Shown: positions 1-9,991, counted from the first letter of the whole stretch. The stretch is DNA of 62,772 bases, filler included, from Limisphaerales bacterium (GCA_044225505.1; 13 parts of 13 records of this genome joined end to end with filler, not necessarily neighbours in it), one strand, 5' to 3'. Made by a program: numbers and translations. The notes: generated by a model not told the origin, from the letters alone.

Positions 1-606
1 GTCGCTCAGCTTTTGTGTGACGGAGGAGCGGATTTAATCCAACTCCGAGCCAAAACCGCTTCCAAGGTCGAGGTCGCTCGGTTGGCGGAGGCGCTTCTCC
101 CGATCACCGCGCGTGCCGGCGTCGGCTTGGTCATCAATGATTATCCAGAGGTTGCCGCGGCGACAGGAGCTCGGTTGTGCCATCTCGGGCACGAGGATTT
201 TTTTGACCATGGCTATTCACAGGTGGCTGAGTTGAGGTCGATGATCGGGATAGCCGATCAGGCGACCACCCCCCTCCAGGTCGGCCTTAGCACTCATGCG
301 CCTGACCAAGCGCGGCGAGCTTTGGGGGCCGGCGCAGACTATATCGCGATCGGTCCGGTGTTTGCCACGCCTACCAAACCGACCGCGAAACCTGTCTCCC
401 TCGAGTATGTCCGTTGGGCAGCTCGGCATGTCACGATTCCCTGGTTTGCTATCGGCGGGATCAATGCCTTAAACCTGGACCAAATCTTAGAGGCAGGTGC
501 GAGACGAATCTGCGTCGTCTCGGCGATTCTAAATGCGGACGACCCCTTGCGAGCTTGCCAGGAGTTTAAGAACCGCATACGTTCCGCAGGCCAGACTAGC
601 TTGTAA
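1..606 (+). CDS. thiE: Thiamine-phosphate synthase (5'-truncated)
   Basis: QLRAK, INDY, HLGHED, GLSTH, DYIAIGPVFATPTK and AIGGI motifs; frame is open to position 1. Confidence 0.92.
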   Translation, partial: VAQLLCDGGADLIQLRAKTASKVEVARLAEALLPITARAGVGLVINDYPEVAAATGARLCHLGHEDFFDHGYSQVAELRSMIGIADQATTPLQVGLSTHAPDQARRALGAGADYIAIGPVFATPTKPTAKPVSLEYVRWAARHVTIPWFAIGGINALNLDQILEAGARRICVVSAILNADDPLRACQEFKNRIRSAGQTSL

Positions 607-627
607 ACCTTTGATTCATCTTTTGAC

Positions 628-1527
628 ATGAGCATGCTTGTAGTCGGTTCGACTGCCCTCGACTCCATTAAGACGCCCAAAGCCGAGAATCCTCGCCTAC
701 TCGGCGGGTCGGCCAGTCACGCCGCGGTCGCGGCCAGTTTTTTTACGTCCGTTTCCATGGTCGGTATTGTCGGAAACGATTTCCCGAGCAAGTACCTGAA
801 ACTTTACCGCCGCCATCGCATTAACTTGGATGGACTGCAGGTGGCGCCGGGCAAGACGTTTCATTGGTCAGGCGAGTACGAAGTGAACATGAATAACCGC
901 CGCACCCTGACGACGGAACTCGGGGTGTTTGAGACCTTCAGCCCCAAGCTCCCAGAATCGCTTCGTCGGATCCCCTATGTGCTGTTGGCGAACATCGCAC
1001 CGACGTTGCAGCATCATGTTCTGGATCAGATGGTCCGGCCCAAGTTCGTTATCGCAGACACCATGGACTTGTGGATCAACATTGCCATGCCCGACCTGGT
1101 CAAACTCCTTCGCCGCGTCGATGCTTTCGTGTTGAACGACAGCGAAGCCAGATTGTTGACTCAGGAAGAGAATCTGAACGCTGCTCTCCGAAAAATTCAT
1201 CGCCTCGGCCCTTCCTACGTCATCCTCAAGAAAGGCGAGCACGGTTCGATTCTCTCTTCCCCTCGTGGGATTCTCTTAGCCCCGGCCTTTCCGCTGGATA
1301 AAGTGATCGATCCCACCGGCGCCGGCGATTCATTTGTCGGTGGGTTGCTTGGTTACATGGCCAGCCGTCCGGGAACGATCGATAGTAAGTTCCGGCGCGC
1401 GGTACTCTACGGCAGCGTTGTGGCCTCGTTTTGTTGCGAGGGCTTCGGTTTGACGCGAACGACTCGAGCCACGCGGTCCGCGATCGAACAGCGGGTAAAA
1501 TCGCTTCAAGGCATGGTCCGCGTGTAG
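628..1527 (+). CDS. PfkB-family carbohydrate/nucleoside kinase
   Basis: LGGSASH N-terminal motif and DPTGAGDSFVGG PfkB signature. Confidence 0.9.
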   Translation: MSMLVVGSTALDSIKTPKAENPRLLGGSASHAAVAASFFTSVSMVGIVGNDFPSKYLKLYRRHRINLDGLQVAPGKTFHWSGEYEVNMNNRRTLTTELGVFETFSPKLPESLRRIPYVLLANIAPTLQHHVLDQMVRPKFVIADTMDLWINIAMPDLVKLLRRVDAFVLNDSEARLLTQEENLNAALRKIHRLGPSYVILKKGEHGSILSSPRGILLAPAFPLDKVIDPTGAGDSFVGGLLGYMASRPGTIDSKFRRAVLYGSVVASFCCEGFGLTRTTRATRSAIEQRVKSLQGMVRV

Positions 1528-2331
1528 TCCGAAGGCCCAGTCCTTCGCCAATGGCCCGGAGAGTGGCATAAGGGGGTCGCTTCGAACCGAGGCTAATGTC
1601 AGTGGTTGGGTGCCGATCGTGCTGGCGTGCAGCAGGCAGGTAGCGCGCCTTCTCGGTGAGGGGCAGGAAAAAGAAAAGGGTTCGGGCGTCACCAGTTCCC
1701 GTAGGCTTGGGTGAGGGACCCATTGAAGACTAACATTGCGCCCGAACCTTGAAACCACTGTGCGCTCGTCACGGATTTGGTGCTCCACATTCCTTGCTAA
1801 AGTCTAACCGCGTATTGCTGCTTGAGAGCGGTTGAATCTACAGCACTGCTGTGAAAGCCAGTCCGAAATCGGACGAGCAATTCTTCATGGCAGAAGCGAT
1901 CTCCATTTTCAAAGAGGTTGGCAAGCAGCCCTTTCCAACTTTCGGCAGGGATGGGAATACTTAACAACTACCACAGACCTGTAGCGCTCGCCGTCGAATT
2001 TGTCGCGCTCTTCGGAGCCCTCCAACCGCCCCCCTTGAAGGCGCTTCCGGTTCCCTCTTCGATCTCGGCTCGGGTCGTCACCCGTAGTCCGGTGTCTTTG
2101 CCTTGCCTTGGAACCTGGACTCGACAACAGGCGGTCAATACGGTGATCTGCAGTATGCACTCGTCCCTAGCGTTTCACTTTAGTGGCTGGCAGTCTCGGA
2201 GGGAGTGCCTCTCCCTCGGCCGTCACCTCACTGAACTCACTGAGCGGATTCGAGGTGGCTACCTCCGCTGGGCCACTCAATCGACCCTATTCCTATTGCT
2301 GACAGGCTGTTTATTGAGATCAATCTGCGGG

Positions 2332-3078
2332 ATGGAAATCGTGGCTCACCGGGGCGCGTCCGCGGATGCTCCCGAGAATTCGCTCACATCGATGAAGCTC
2401 GCCTGGGAACAAGGCGCCGATGCGATCGAGCTGGATCTTTGGTTGTCGAAGGACGGAAAACTCATTGTTTTCCACGATGGCGACACGAAACGGTTTGAGG
2501 CAAAGGCGCGTCGGGTGCCGAGTCTCTCCTGGGAAGATATGCAAGCGCTCGATATCGGAGCACTGAAGGGGGCGGTATTTCGGGGCGAACATGTCCCCAC
2601 GCTGGAATCGATTCTGGCGACGGTCACGCCAGGGCATCGAGTGTTTCTCGAGATCAAATGCGGCTCCGAAATCTTGCCGGAGCTCAATCGGGTCTTGGCG
2701 ATCACTGGGCGGCGTCCTTCGGAATTGGCCGTGATCAGTTTCGATTTTGAAACACTTCGGCGATCGAAAGTTATGTTCCCACAAGTCCCGCACTATTACC
2801 TCCACGGTTACAAAAGAGAGGCTAGTCCACAGAGCAATCCGGAACTCGCCGAGCTCGTGGAGCGTTGCCGAACCGCTGGCCTGGATGGCTTGAATTTGCA
2901 TTACGACTGGCCGATCACCCGCGAGTTTGTCACTCAGGTCCATAGCGCCGGCCTTAAGCTTTTCGTTTGGACAGTCGACGATCCGATTGTGGCACGACAA
3001 ATGACCGCGGCAGGAGTTGACGGAATTACAACGAATCGTCCGCGATGGCTGCGAGAACAGATTCGAACGACAAAATAG
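2332..3078 (+). CDS. Glycerophosphodiester phosphodiesterase (true start may lie upstream, adding a signal peptide)
   Basis: AHRGAS, PENS, IELDLWLSKDG, HD, WTVD and DGITTNRP motifs. Confidence 0.9.
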   Translation: MEIVAHRGASADAPENSLTSMKLAWEQGADAIELDLWLSKDGKLIVFHDGDTKRFEAKARRVPSLSWEDMQALDIGALKGAVFRGEHVPTLESILATVTPGHRVFLEIKCGSEILPELNRVLAITGRRPSELAVISFDFETLRRSKVMFPQVPHYYLHGYKREASPQSNPELAELVERCRTAGLDGLNLHYDWPITREFVTQVHSAGLKLFVWTVDDPIVARQMTAAGVDGITTNRPRWLREQIRTTK

Positions 3079-3181
3079 CTTGGGTGACTTCGTCTGTTTG
3101 TCCCCAGGCATATTTCAAGCTGACCAGGAAGACGAAATCCGTGGATTGTCCTGACGCTCGGGAACGTCTGAATTGCGAATT

Positions 3182-4024
3182 ATGCCAAAAGCGCCACCTG
3201 ATCCGGGAACTTGGGAATCGAGGTATCGAGAGCAGCTCCGGCGTCGGCCCGAGGCGATCGGCTTGATCGCTGAGGGAGACTCTTGGTTTTCCTTTCCGAA
3301 CTATCTTCGAACCAATCTGTTCCTCGAAATCGAACGGTGGAGCGACGATCGCGCTGTGACCTGGTCACTGGCTCGAAACGGCGACACTGCCGCGGAGATC
3401 ATGTTTGGGCAACAATACCAGACTCTACGTCGATTGTTCAGTGACGCCACTTTGAAGGTGGATGGATTTCTCTTCAGCGCCGGAGGAAATGATTTGGTGG
3501 CTGAAAACCTGCCCAATTTCCTTAACACGTACACTCCTGGAATGCAGTGGATGGATTGCCTGAACATGACGTTTCTGGATCGGCGCTTTCAAGAACTGGC
3601 GAGTGCATTTCAGCGACTGGCGGACTTGCGCGATGCCTACAAGCCCCAAACTTGGATCTTCACACACGCCTACGATTTCGCCGTTCCATCCGGGAGGGAG
3701 GTCCGTGTTCTGATCTTCACCCAAGGCGGTTGGTTAAAGAAGCAGTTCTTGAAAAAAGGAATTGAAGATCCCTCCATTCAGCAGGCGATCGTCGATCATA
3801 TGCTGACCCGGTTTGCGAGTCTGCAGGAGCACTTTGAACAAACAAATTCTCGGATTGCTTACGTTCGAACTCAGGGAACGCTCGATCAGGATACGGACTG
3901 GGGCGACGAGCTTCATCCTACCATCGCTGGCTTTCGAAAAATAGCGTTCAAACTGGAAACAGCGCTCAAGGATATCTTTCCCAGTTTACCGGCACCGTCT
4001 CGCGTGGCTTTGAGCATTCGTTAA
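3182..4024 (+). CDS. SGNH/GDSL-family hydrolase
   Basis: GDSWF block I, GGND block III, DELHP block V. Confidence 0.8.
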   Translation: MPKAPPDPGTWESRYREQLRRRPEAIGLIAEGDSWFSFPNYLRTNLFLEIERWSDDRAVTWSLARNGDTAAEIMFGQQYQTLRRLFSDATLKVDGFLFSAGGNDLVAENLPNFLNTYTPGMQWMDCLNMTFLDRRFQELASAFQRLADLRDAYKPQTWIFTHAYDFAVPSGREVRVLIFTQGGWLKKQFLKKGIEDPSIQQAIVDHMLTRFASLQEHFEQTNSRIAYVRTQGTLDQDTDWGDELHPTIAGFRKIAFKLETALKDIFPSLPAPSRVALSIR

Positions 4025-4039
4025 TGCCGGACTACATGG

Positions 4040-4520
4040 ATGAACGGACGCCCGGGCAGCGCGAGTTTGATCGTTGCCCGCAGTAGGGTGAGTCTTGTTC
4101 TTGCATGGGTTGCCGCTCTTCGGGGGCACGGTGGTTCGGATGAATTTGCACAGAATCCTTTATGAGACTATCGCCTGTAAAGTGGAACCTATGGCAGCCG
4201 ACTGTGGTGACGAGCTTCATGTTAGTCGTGCGCACGGCGGGAGTGGCGCAAGGGACCTTTGGAGTTCCGCTTCAGCGGGCGGGTGAGTTCGTTAAGTCCC
4301 GGCGCAGTAACTCCCCTCTTGCTGCAAGTTGGAGCGCCCGTTGACGGGCGGTTTACGGTCGACTTGGAAGCCACGATTCAACAGATCCCAGAGCCGTCGA
4401 CCCTGGGCACTTTGGGGGGGTGGGGCAGGTGTAGGGGCGGCGTTTCGCGCTTGGCGCTCGAGTGCGCGGCTGCGGCGCCGTCGCGCGACGTCCAGGCAGG
4501 GTTTTGACCGTCACCGCTGA
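4040..4520 (+). pseudogene. Fragmented PEP-CTERM-type exported protein
   Basis: IPEPSTL followed, after a frameshift, by a Gly/Ala-rich hydrophobic stretch and an Arg cluster; upstream frames are broken. Confidence 0.35.
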
Positions 4521-4541
4521 AGCCGGCCTCTGCTACCGCGT

Positions 4542-5141
4542 TTAACGTGCAAGCCACGACCGGATCGTTCGCGTCACCAGATCGGAAGCGTCTTGCTGCA
4601 CAAAGTGATCCGCGTCGGGAATGGTCACGAGAGTCAAGTCGTGCTGGACGAAGGACCAGTTATCATTCAAACCCGAAGCGAGAAGGGCTTTGTCCTTGAG
4701 CCCGTGAATCATCAGCACCGAGCAGGGGACCTTTAGGACGGGAGCATTCTCTTCGCGGTACGGTTCACGCGGGTAATTGCTTTTGTAGTAGTTGAGCATC
4801 GCCCGGAAATCCGACCGGCGAAATGCCTCTAAATAGCGCGGCCGCGCTTCTGCATCTGTCACCCAGAACGTGAGCGCTTCGGCCGTGAGGTTGGTGTGGG
4901 CCCCATCGCGTTGAAATTCGCGAGCATACGCGCTGTTTTTTTGTTGGTCAGGATTATGAGCGAGCTCGCGTAAGAAACCTCGGGGGTGAGGCAGATTCAA
5001 CACGATCAGTTTGGAAGTCATATTGGGGTAGGCGTTGGCAAAATTCCAAGCGACAGCGCCTCCCCAATCATGCCCGATCACGACGGCTTCGGCCGCGCCA
5101 CAGGCGCGGATGACGGCGGCCACGTCCGCGGCGAGCAAGCT
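4542..5141 (-). CDS. Alpha/beta hydrolase, epoxide-hydrolase-like (5'-truncated)
   Basis: GHDWGG nucleophile motif, LNYY, and catalytic His in ADHFVQ. Confidence 0.88.
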   Translation of the reverse strand, partial: SLLAADVAAVIRACGAAEAVVIGHDWGGAVAWNFANAYPNMTSKLIVLNLPHPRGFLRELAHNPDQQKNSAYAREFQRDGAHTNLTAEALTFWVTDAEARPRYLEAFRRSDFRAMLNYYKSNYPREPYREENAPVLKVPCSVLMIHGLKDKALLASGLNDNWSFVQHDLTLVTIPDADHFVQQDASDLVTRTIRSWLAR

Positions 5142-5241
5142 NNNNNNNNNNNNNNNNNNNNNNNNNNNNNNNNNNNNNNNNNNNNTTAATTAATTAANNN
5201 NNNNNNNNNNNNNNNNNNNNNNNNNNNNNNNNNNNNNNNNN
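5142..5241. other. Artificial contig spacer (first of 12)
   Basis: N-run/TTAATTAATTAA/N-run, giving stops in six frames. Also at 9992-10091, 15755-15854, 21328-21427, 26163-26262, 30972-31071, 35683-35782, 40275-40374, 45108-45207, 49669-49768, 54192-54291 and 58559-58658. Confidence 0.99.
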
Positions 5242-5462
5242 CGCGCTTTGTAAACGATGCCCATCCCACCGCGAGCGATTTCCTCTAGCAGCTCGGAGTC
5301 CCCGAAGGTTCTTCCAACGGTCAGCCGCGCACCGGGTTCTCCATCTTCATGGCATAAGATCGTTCCTGAATCCTCCACCGCGAAGCTGAGGATGCATCCC
5401 GGGCAGCTCCCCTCCGGAAATCCGGGCGGCAGATCAAGGCCACATTTTGAACAGGTGAGCAT
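5242..5462 (-). CDS. Ser/Thr protein kinase N-terminus with CxxC...CxxC motif (3'-truncated)
   Basis: CSKC...CPGC followed by ELLEEIARGGMGIVYKA (Gly-rich loop). Confidence 0.85.
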
Positions 5463-5558
5463 GACGATCATCGTACCAGGACGGTTCGCCCCGTCACTGC
5501 CGTACACAGGAATCCCGATACGAATGTTACAGGAAATCTGGCGGCACGGAGCCCGCTT

Positions 5559-6302
5559 TCATTTCCCTAACAACTGCCGAAGGTAACGCAATTCCGCTTC
5601 AATATCGGTTTGCTCGCTGACCGTCCTCGCGACCTCCTCGCGAAACAGTTCCCGGCAACGCTGTCGCATCCGGTGCAGAGCCACGCGCACGGCACCTGCA
5701 CTCATGTTCAACGCAGGTGCCAGATCGGCGTAGCCAATCTCCGCACTGGAATTGAACAAAACTGGCCGCAGCTTAAGGAACATCTCGCGACGATGGTCGT
5801 ACTCCGATTCCAGGCGTTGGATGACAGTTTCGACCAGTGTCAACGCCCAGCGTCGTTCAAAGATGCTTTCCGGTGTCAGCTGCTCGACCGGTTCGACGCG
5901 GTAGCGCTCCTCGGCGGCTAGTGCATCCAGGGGTGTCAAGGTAACTCCGCCGCCGCGCTTCGCCGCCACGCGACGATCCCTCTCGTCTGCGGCGTAATAA
6001 TTGAACGCGGTAAGCAGAAACGAACGGAATCTTCCCCGCTCCGGCGTTCGCTCCCGAAATGCGCCGCGTTCCAGAAGCTGCATGAAGAAGCCCTGGATCA
6101 AATCTTCGGCATCGGGTGCCGCGTGGCCCCGGCGTCGCGCGTATGCATAGAGGGGATACCAATAGGTGTGGCAGAGACGTTCCAAGGCTTCGCGGCACGC
6201 GGGCGAAGAGTCCATCCCAGCTGCCAGCACGACACTCCAGTGTGTGGCGGGGAACTGGCCGCCAACATGGCCTGGAGTTGAAGTATCCTGCCGGAAGGAC
6301 AT
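5559..6302 (-). CDS. ECF RNA polymerase sigma factor, kinase-associated PVC type
   Basis: FPATHWSVV, YWYPLYAYARR, DAEDL, GRFRSFL and VRVALHRMR; lies directly upstream of the kinase. Confidence 0.9.
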   Translation of the reverse strand: MSFRQDTSTPGHVGGQFPATHWSVVLAAGMDSSPACREALERLCHTYWYPLYAYARRRGHAAPDAEDLIQGFFMQLLERGAFRERTPERGRFRSFLLTAFNYYAADERDRRVAAKRGGGVTLTPLDALAAEERYRVEPVEQLTPESIFERRWALTLVETVIQRLESEYDHRREMFLKLRPVLFNSSAEIGYADLAPALNMSAGAVRVALHRMRQRCRELFREEVARTVSEQTDIEAELRYLRQLLGK

Positions 6303-6456
6303 GAGTCCATGTGTCGCACTCTTGGCCGAACTTTCCAAGCTCGAAACGGGGAGCCCAGACCCGGCACCAACCGTGCACGCCGCCCCCCGGTGAAATCGGA
6401 TGTTCAGTCGTAGCTCGTCGAACCGGTCGCTCCGGACTCTGCCGCAACTTAAAGGG

Positions 6457-7445
6457 GCAATGGGGTCGCGTCTAAATAGTTGACAGACACGGTGTGAGCT
6501 TCCTTATAAAGCGGCCTCGTTCGGGATCGCCGACCAGGGCTTCCCAAACCGGTTCACCGCTCGGGCTGCCGACTGGCACTTGCCCCCGAGCTCGCTCATT
6601 ACCTCCGCCAATCGTGCTGCCGTGTCGCCAGATTCATCAACGCGTCGTGTGACCTAAACCTTTCGTTCCTGCACACCACAATGCGCTCGTCCTTCGACGT
6701 TGAGCAAAACTGGTAGAATCAAATCGGTCGGATCTACTGCTGACCGCGATGGGCATTTTCCAGTGCCGGTCGTCGGCGCTTGCGGAATACCTTGGACGCG
6801 CTGGCTGGCGATTTGTCGCACATGCCGGGAGCAATTAGCTCCTGGATTCAGTGGCTCCGCCGCGACGCGCGTTAGGCCGATGCGGCAGACTTCGATCGCT
6901 GGATGGGGCTGGATGTGACCCCCAAAGGTGGGTGGGATGCAGCACAGGAGGAAGGTGCGGGACGATTCGGAGAACGATTACGATTACGATTACGATTACG
7001 ATTACGATTACGATTACGATTACGATTACGATTACGATTACGATGAAGATGAAGATGAAGATTACGAGGGAAAGACCAAGATGGAAACGGTTGGGGAATA
7101 GGAAGATGTCGAGTTATCGGCACGTCTGGACAAAGCGCCAGAGGTCTGGCGCACTCCAAGACGCTGGCGCGCAAGGACTAAGGTTCTTTTGAAATTCGTC
7201 CGCCGCTCGGTCCAAAGGGGCGCCGGGTATCTCGGAGTGCGCCAGCGCCGCCCTTGGGCAGTCGGTCGTTCGCTGTGGCTCGGTTCCAAGCCGGTCCATC
7301 GCAGTTTATGTCTTCTGCAAGCTGGCAACAATTTGTTGACGGAGTGTGCGACAAATCGGCCAATGGACGCTTGGTTTGGGAACGGACCGTTCCCAAAACC
7401 TCCAACCGCAGGTGCCAAACTGTCACCAAATCACGGTCGCGCACC
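6457..7445 (+). repeat. Composite dispersed repeat, copy A (transposase-like 3' relic, palindrome half-sites, (GATTAC)11, REP-like units)
   Basis: Collinear similarity to 36000-36605, e.g. shared GCAATGGGGTCGCGT, AAAGCGCCAGAGGTCTGGCGCACTCCAAGACGCTGGCGCG and TTTGGGAACGGACCGTTCCCAAA. Confidence 0.85.
6976..7065 (+). repeat. Hexamer tandem array (GATTAC)11(GATGAA)3GATTAC
   Basis: Read directly from the sequence. Confidence 0.97.
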
Positions 7446-7832
7446 GACGGCTGCATCGCTTGCGACCGCATTTCCGCCTCGGCGCTCCGGCGTGGCGACC
7501 GACGTGTCCCGTCCGCAAATTGCGGACGGCTCCGGGGAAAAGCTGTGGAAAGCCCTCATCCTGACTGAGATCCCCGTCTGGTAGACGTCCGTGCAGTTCA
7601 CAGGGTGACGCGCCGGAAGAGAGCTTCGAAATCGCGAACAAGGTCTATTAAAAGGCGAATCGTTGAGATCTTCGCACTCACTCAACCCGGCCTCTGTAAA
7701 ACCGTTCCGATGTGCTGGCGGTCGGATCGCTAAGTTCTTGGCGAGCCCCAGCGCCAACGCTCGTGCTCGCGCTTGGGAACCCTGAAGAGTCGTTCAACGC
7801 CGTCGTGTCCTCGAGCGCATTGGCCGCGCGGC

Positions 7833-8687
7833 CTAGAATGTTCCGTCCTTCGACTGCGGATTGTACCAACAATCGTTGGGCCCGACCGGGTTCGGCGATT
7901 GCGGCCAAACGTTCTTGCCGGCCATATCCGGTGCAAACCATTTCGACATGCGGATGCTAAAGCCAGCACCCGAGAGCGAGCCGAGCGTTGCGAAGCCACC
8001 CACATTTTCAGCCTGATCCTTCGGTCTTCGGGTGGCGTGCCTCTGAGAAATACCCTCATGTGGCTGATTACCAACGTCGTTGAAGAGATAGTCGGATTCA
8101 CTCTCCGGGCCCTCCCAAAGCAAGACGCCCGTAGGTCTGAGTGATCCTAATCGGAATTTCGACGTCAACATCGCGGGGGGCGGAGAGGCGTAGCCAATGA
8201 TGGCTCCATTCCAGACATAACTCGTGATTTTGATCTGCCGCCGAACGTAGTCGAGCTTCCCCTTGCCGCTGGCCCGGTCTTTAACCTCTTTCGGACAGTT
8301 CATGATCCGCACGTCGGCCAGATACGATCCCAACTGCCCGCGCTTAAACGATTCCACCTGATTCGAGAGGATCGTGGGATCTTTGGACGGGTCGATGTTC
8401 CGGCCGTCCCGGATCTTGGTGTCGTGCGCCCAATTATCGCGATCCGGTGGGAAACCCCAGCTTGGGTAAGGAAGGAAATCATCGTTGTCCCCCGCGAACA
8501 TATGGGCAGCGAGCATGATCTGCCGGATGTTATTTAAGTCCTGCGTGATCAACGCCTTTTCTTTGGCCCGGCTCAAAGCCGGCAAGAGCATCCCAGCGAG
8601 AATCGCGATAATCGCGATCACCACCAGAAGCTCAATCAGTGTAAACGCCAAAGAGAGACCCTTGTTTGAGGAAGGCGAGGCTTTCAT
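7833..8687 (-). CDS. Prepilin-type N-terminal cleavage/methylation domain protein (PVC pilin-like family)
   Basis: [32 protein letters not shown]. Confidence 0.88.
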   Translation of the reverse strand: MKASPSSNKGLSLAFTLIELLVVIAIIAILAGMLLPALSRAKEKALITQDLNNIRQIMLAAHMFAGDNDDFLPYPSWGFPPDRDNWAHDTKIRDGRNIDPSKDPTILSNQVESFKRGQLGSYLADVRIMNCPKEVKDRASGKGKLDYVRRQIKITSYVWNGAIIGYASPPPAMLTSKFRLGSLRPTGVLLWEGPESESDYLFNDVGNQPHEGISQRHATRRPKDQAENVGGFATLGSLSGAGFSIRMSKWFAPDMAGKNVWPQSPNPVGPNDCWYNPQSKDGTF

Positions 8688-8835
8688 GGGAACTCCTCGA
8701 TTCATAGGCCTCCGCGGGAGCGACGTCAACTGCGTTTACGTGAGGAGACTCGTGATAAGAAGGAACCTGAGGGAATGGCCGAGTGCGGCGGAGCTGAGGT
8801 AAACCGCGCGGGTCGCCTGACGGGGATCATTCGAA

Positions 8836-8879
8836 GCAAGGCCGGTGCAAGGCCGGTGCAAGGCCGGTGCAAGGCCGGT
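8836..8879 (+). repeat. Four tandem copies of 11-bp GCAAGGCCGGT
   Basis: Read directly; lies upstream of the pilin-like gene. Confidence 0.9.
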
Positions 8880-8938
8880 CAGCGAGCGGCCTTGGTTCGG
8901 GATTGCACCGGTTTTGCACCCGGGTTGGTGCGTCCGAC

Positions 8939-9123
8939 TGGCTAGCGACAATCAACATTCTCCAGTGACGACAGTTAAAATTTGCCGGTGGTTCGGGGAG
9001 GATTTCGCCACGAATTAGCGCTGAGGCCGGATGGTCTCAGCGCTAATCCGCGGCGAATGATAACCAAACAGCAGTACCACCGACTCATGAATGAACATCA
9101 AGCCCACGGCAATCTCACCGTCA
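8939..9123 (+). mobile_element. IS21-like left-end remnant with truncated istA start
   Basis: TG-initiated end with two 23-bp-spaced repeats (CGACAATCAACATTCTCCAGT / CGACAGTTAAAATTTGCCGGT), then MITKQQYHRLMNEHQAHGNLT at 9057, which resembles IstA N-termini. Confidence 0.5.
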
Positions 9124-9206
9124 GATGCCGTTTCGGCAGGTTCATCCGCACATATTGCCGGTCCAAGAGATTCTCCTCCGAGCTGGGAAGCCGAACCGGC
9201 GGCCAG

Positions 9207-9253
9207 AATGTTGCACATTTCCGAAACAAATTGTTTACAGAGTGTGCAACATT
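9207..9253. repeat. 47-bp tripartite palindrome AATGTTGCACA-N6-AAACAAATTGTTT-N6-TGTGCAACATT
   Basis: Perfect 11-bp outer arms; related copy at 37069-37114. Confidence 0.8.
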
Positions 9254-9357
9254 TCCTGATCCTTCGAGTCGATGGCAGCTCTGCCGGCGCAAACCGAAGG
9301 GTGTGACCGGCTGGAACAATCGGTTGAATTTGCGGCTGGACTGTTCGTCAGAATGCT

Positions 9358-9991
9358 ATGAGCGACGTATCTTCTCATCCTGGGATGGCTCTGCCTACCG
9401 CCTATTTCGGTCGCATCGGAGGGTGCTTCGGCTACGGTTTGCTCGTCTGTCTTTGCACCTTTGGAGTTCAAGGGCAACCGGTGTCAGCCACGCGCGTCGC
9501 TCCGCCCGAGGTTCTAAAGCCGGAGGTCACGCTGCACGTCGCACCAGATGGGAAACCCGATGGGAACGGATCTCTGCAACAGCCGTTTTTGACACTGGAA
9601 CAAGCCCGCGATGAACTCCGGAGCCGCAAGAAAGCGGCCGGCCATGCGGTATCCAGTTTGATCTTAGTGCACGAGGGGGAATACCCTGTTCGCGAGACAT
9701 TTACACTGACGGCGGAAGATTCCGGAAGTCGCTCCGCTCCGGTCGTTTTCCGAGCGGCCGATCGAGCGAAACCGGTTTTTCGAGGAGGAACCCGCCTCAA
9801 GAACTGGCAGCCGCTCCAGGATTCGAAAGCCAAGGAGATGATACCCAGAGAATTGCAGGGCAAGGTGTGGGAATATGCCCTGACGAGCAATGAGATCGCC
9901 AGGGTGCTCCCGTTAAAGTTGGGCGGCTTCTCGAGTGGGAACGGATTCAAGACGCATCCCGCGCATGAACTTTTCTTCAACGGAAAGGCAA
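9358..9991 (+). CDS. Secreted right-handed beta-helix (pectin-lyase-fold) protein (3'-truncated)
   Basis: Signal peptide, HVAPDG..DGNGSLQQPFLTLEQARD, GEY, EDSG and ELFFNG motifs. Confidence 0.7.

Noticed and set aside
1918..2331. Long N-terminal extension of the GDPD ORF
   Set aside because: Not protein-like apart from a short hydrophobic stretch just before 2332.
5142..5241. Recurrent TTAATTAATTAA within N-runs
   Set aside because: Artificial scaffolding spacer. Gene adjacency across spacers is meaningless.
6976..7065. CRISPR array
   Set aside because: Simple tandem repeats without unique spacers, and no cas genes in the window.
6851..7192. ORFs with ITITIT/RNRNRN/DYDYDY tracts (also at 36017-36871 and 43761-44318)
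   Set aside because: These are translations of hexamer DNA arrays, not credible proteins.
8030..8080. TPP-riboswitch-like CTGAGAAATACCC
   Set aside because: Antisense within a CDS and lacks the downstream CCTGA...TAATGC..GCGTAGG elements.
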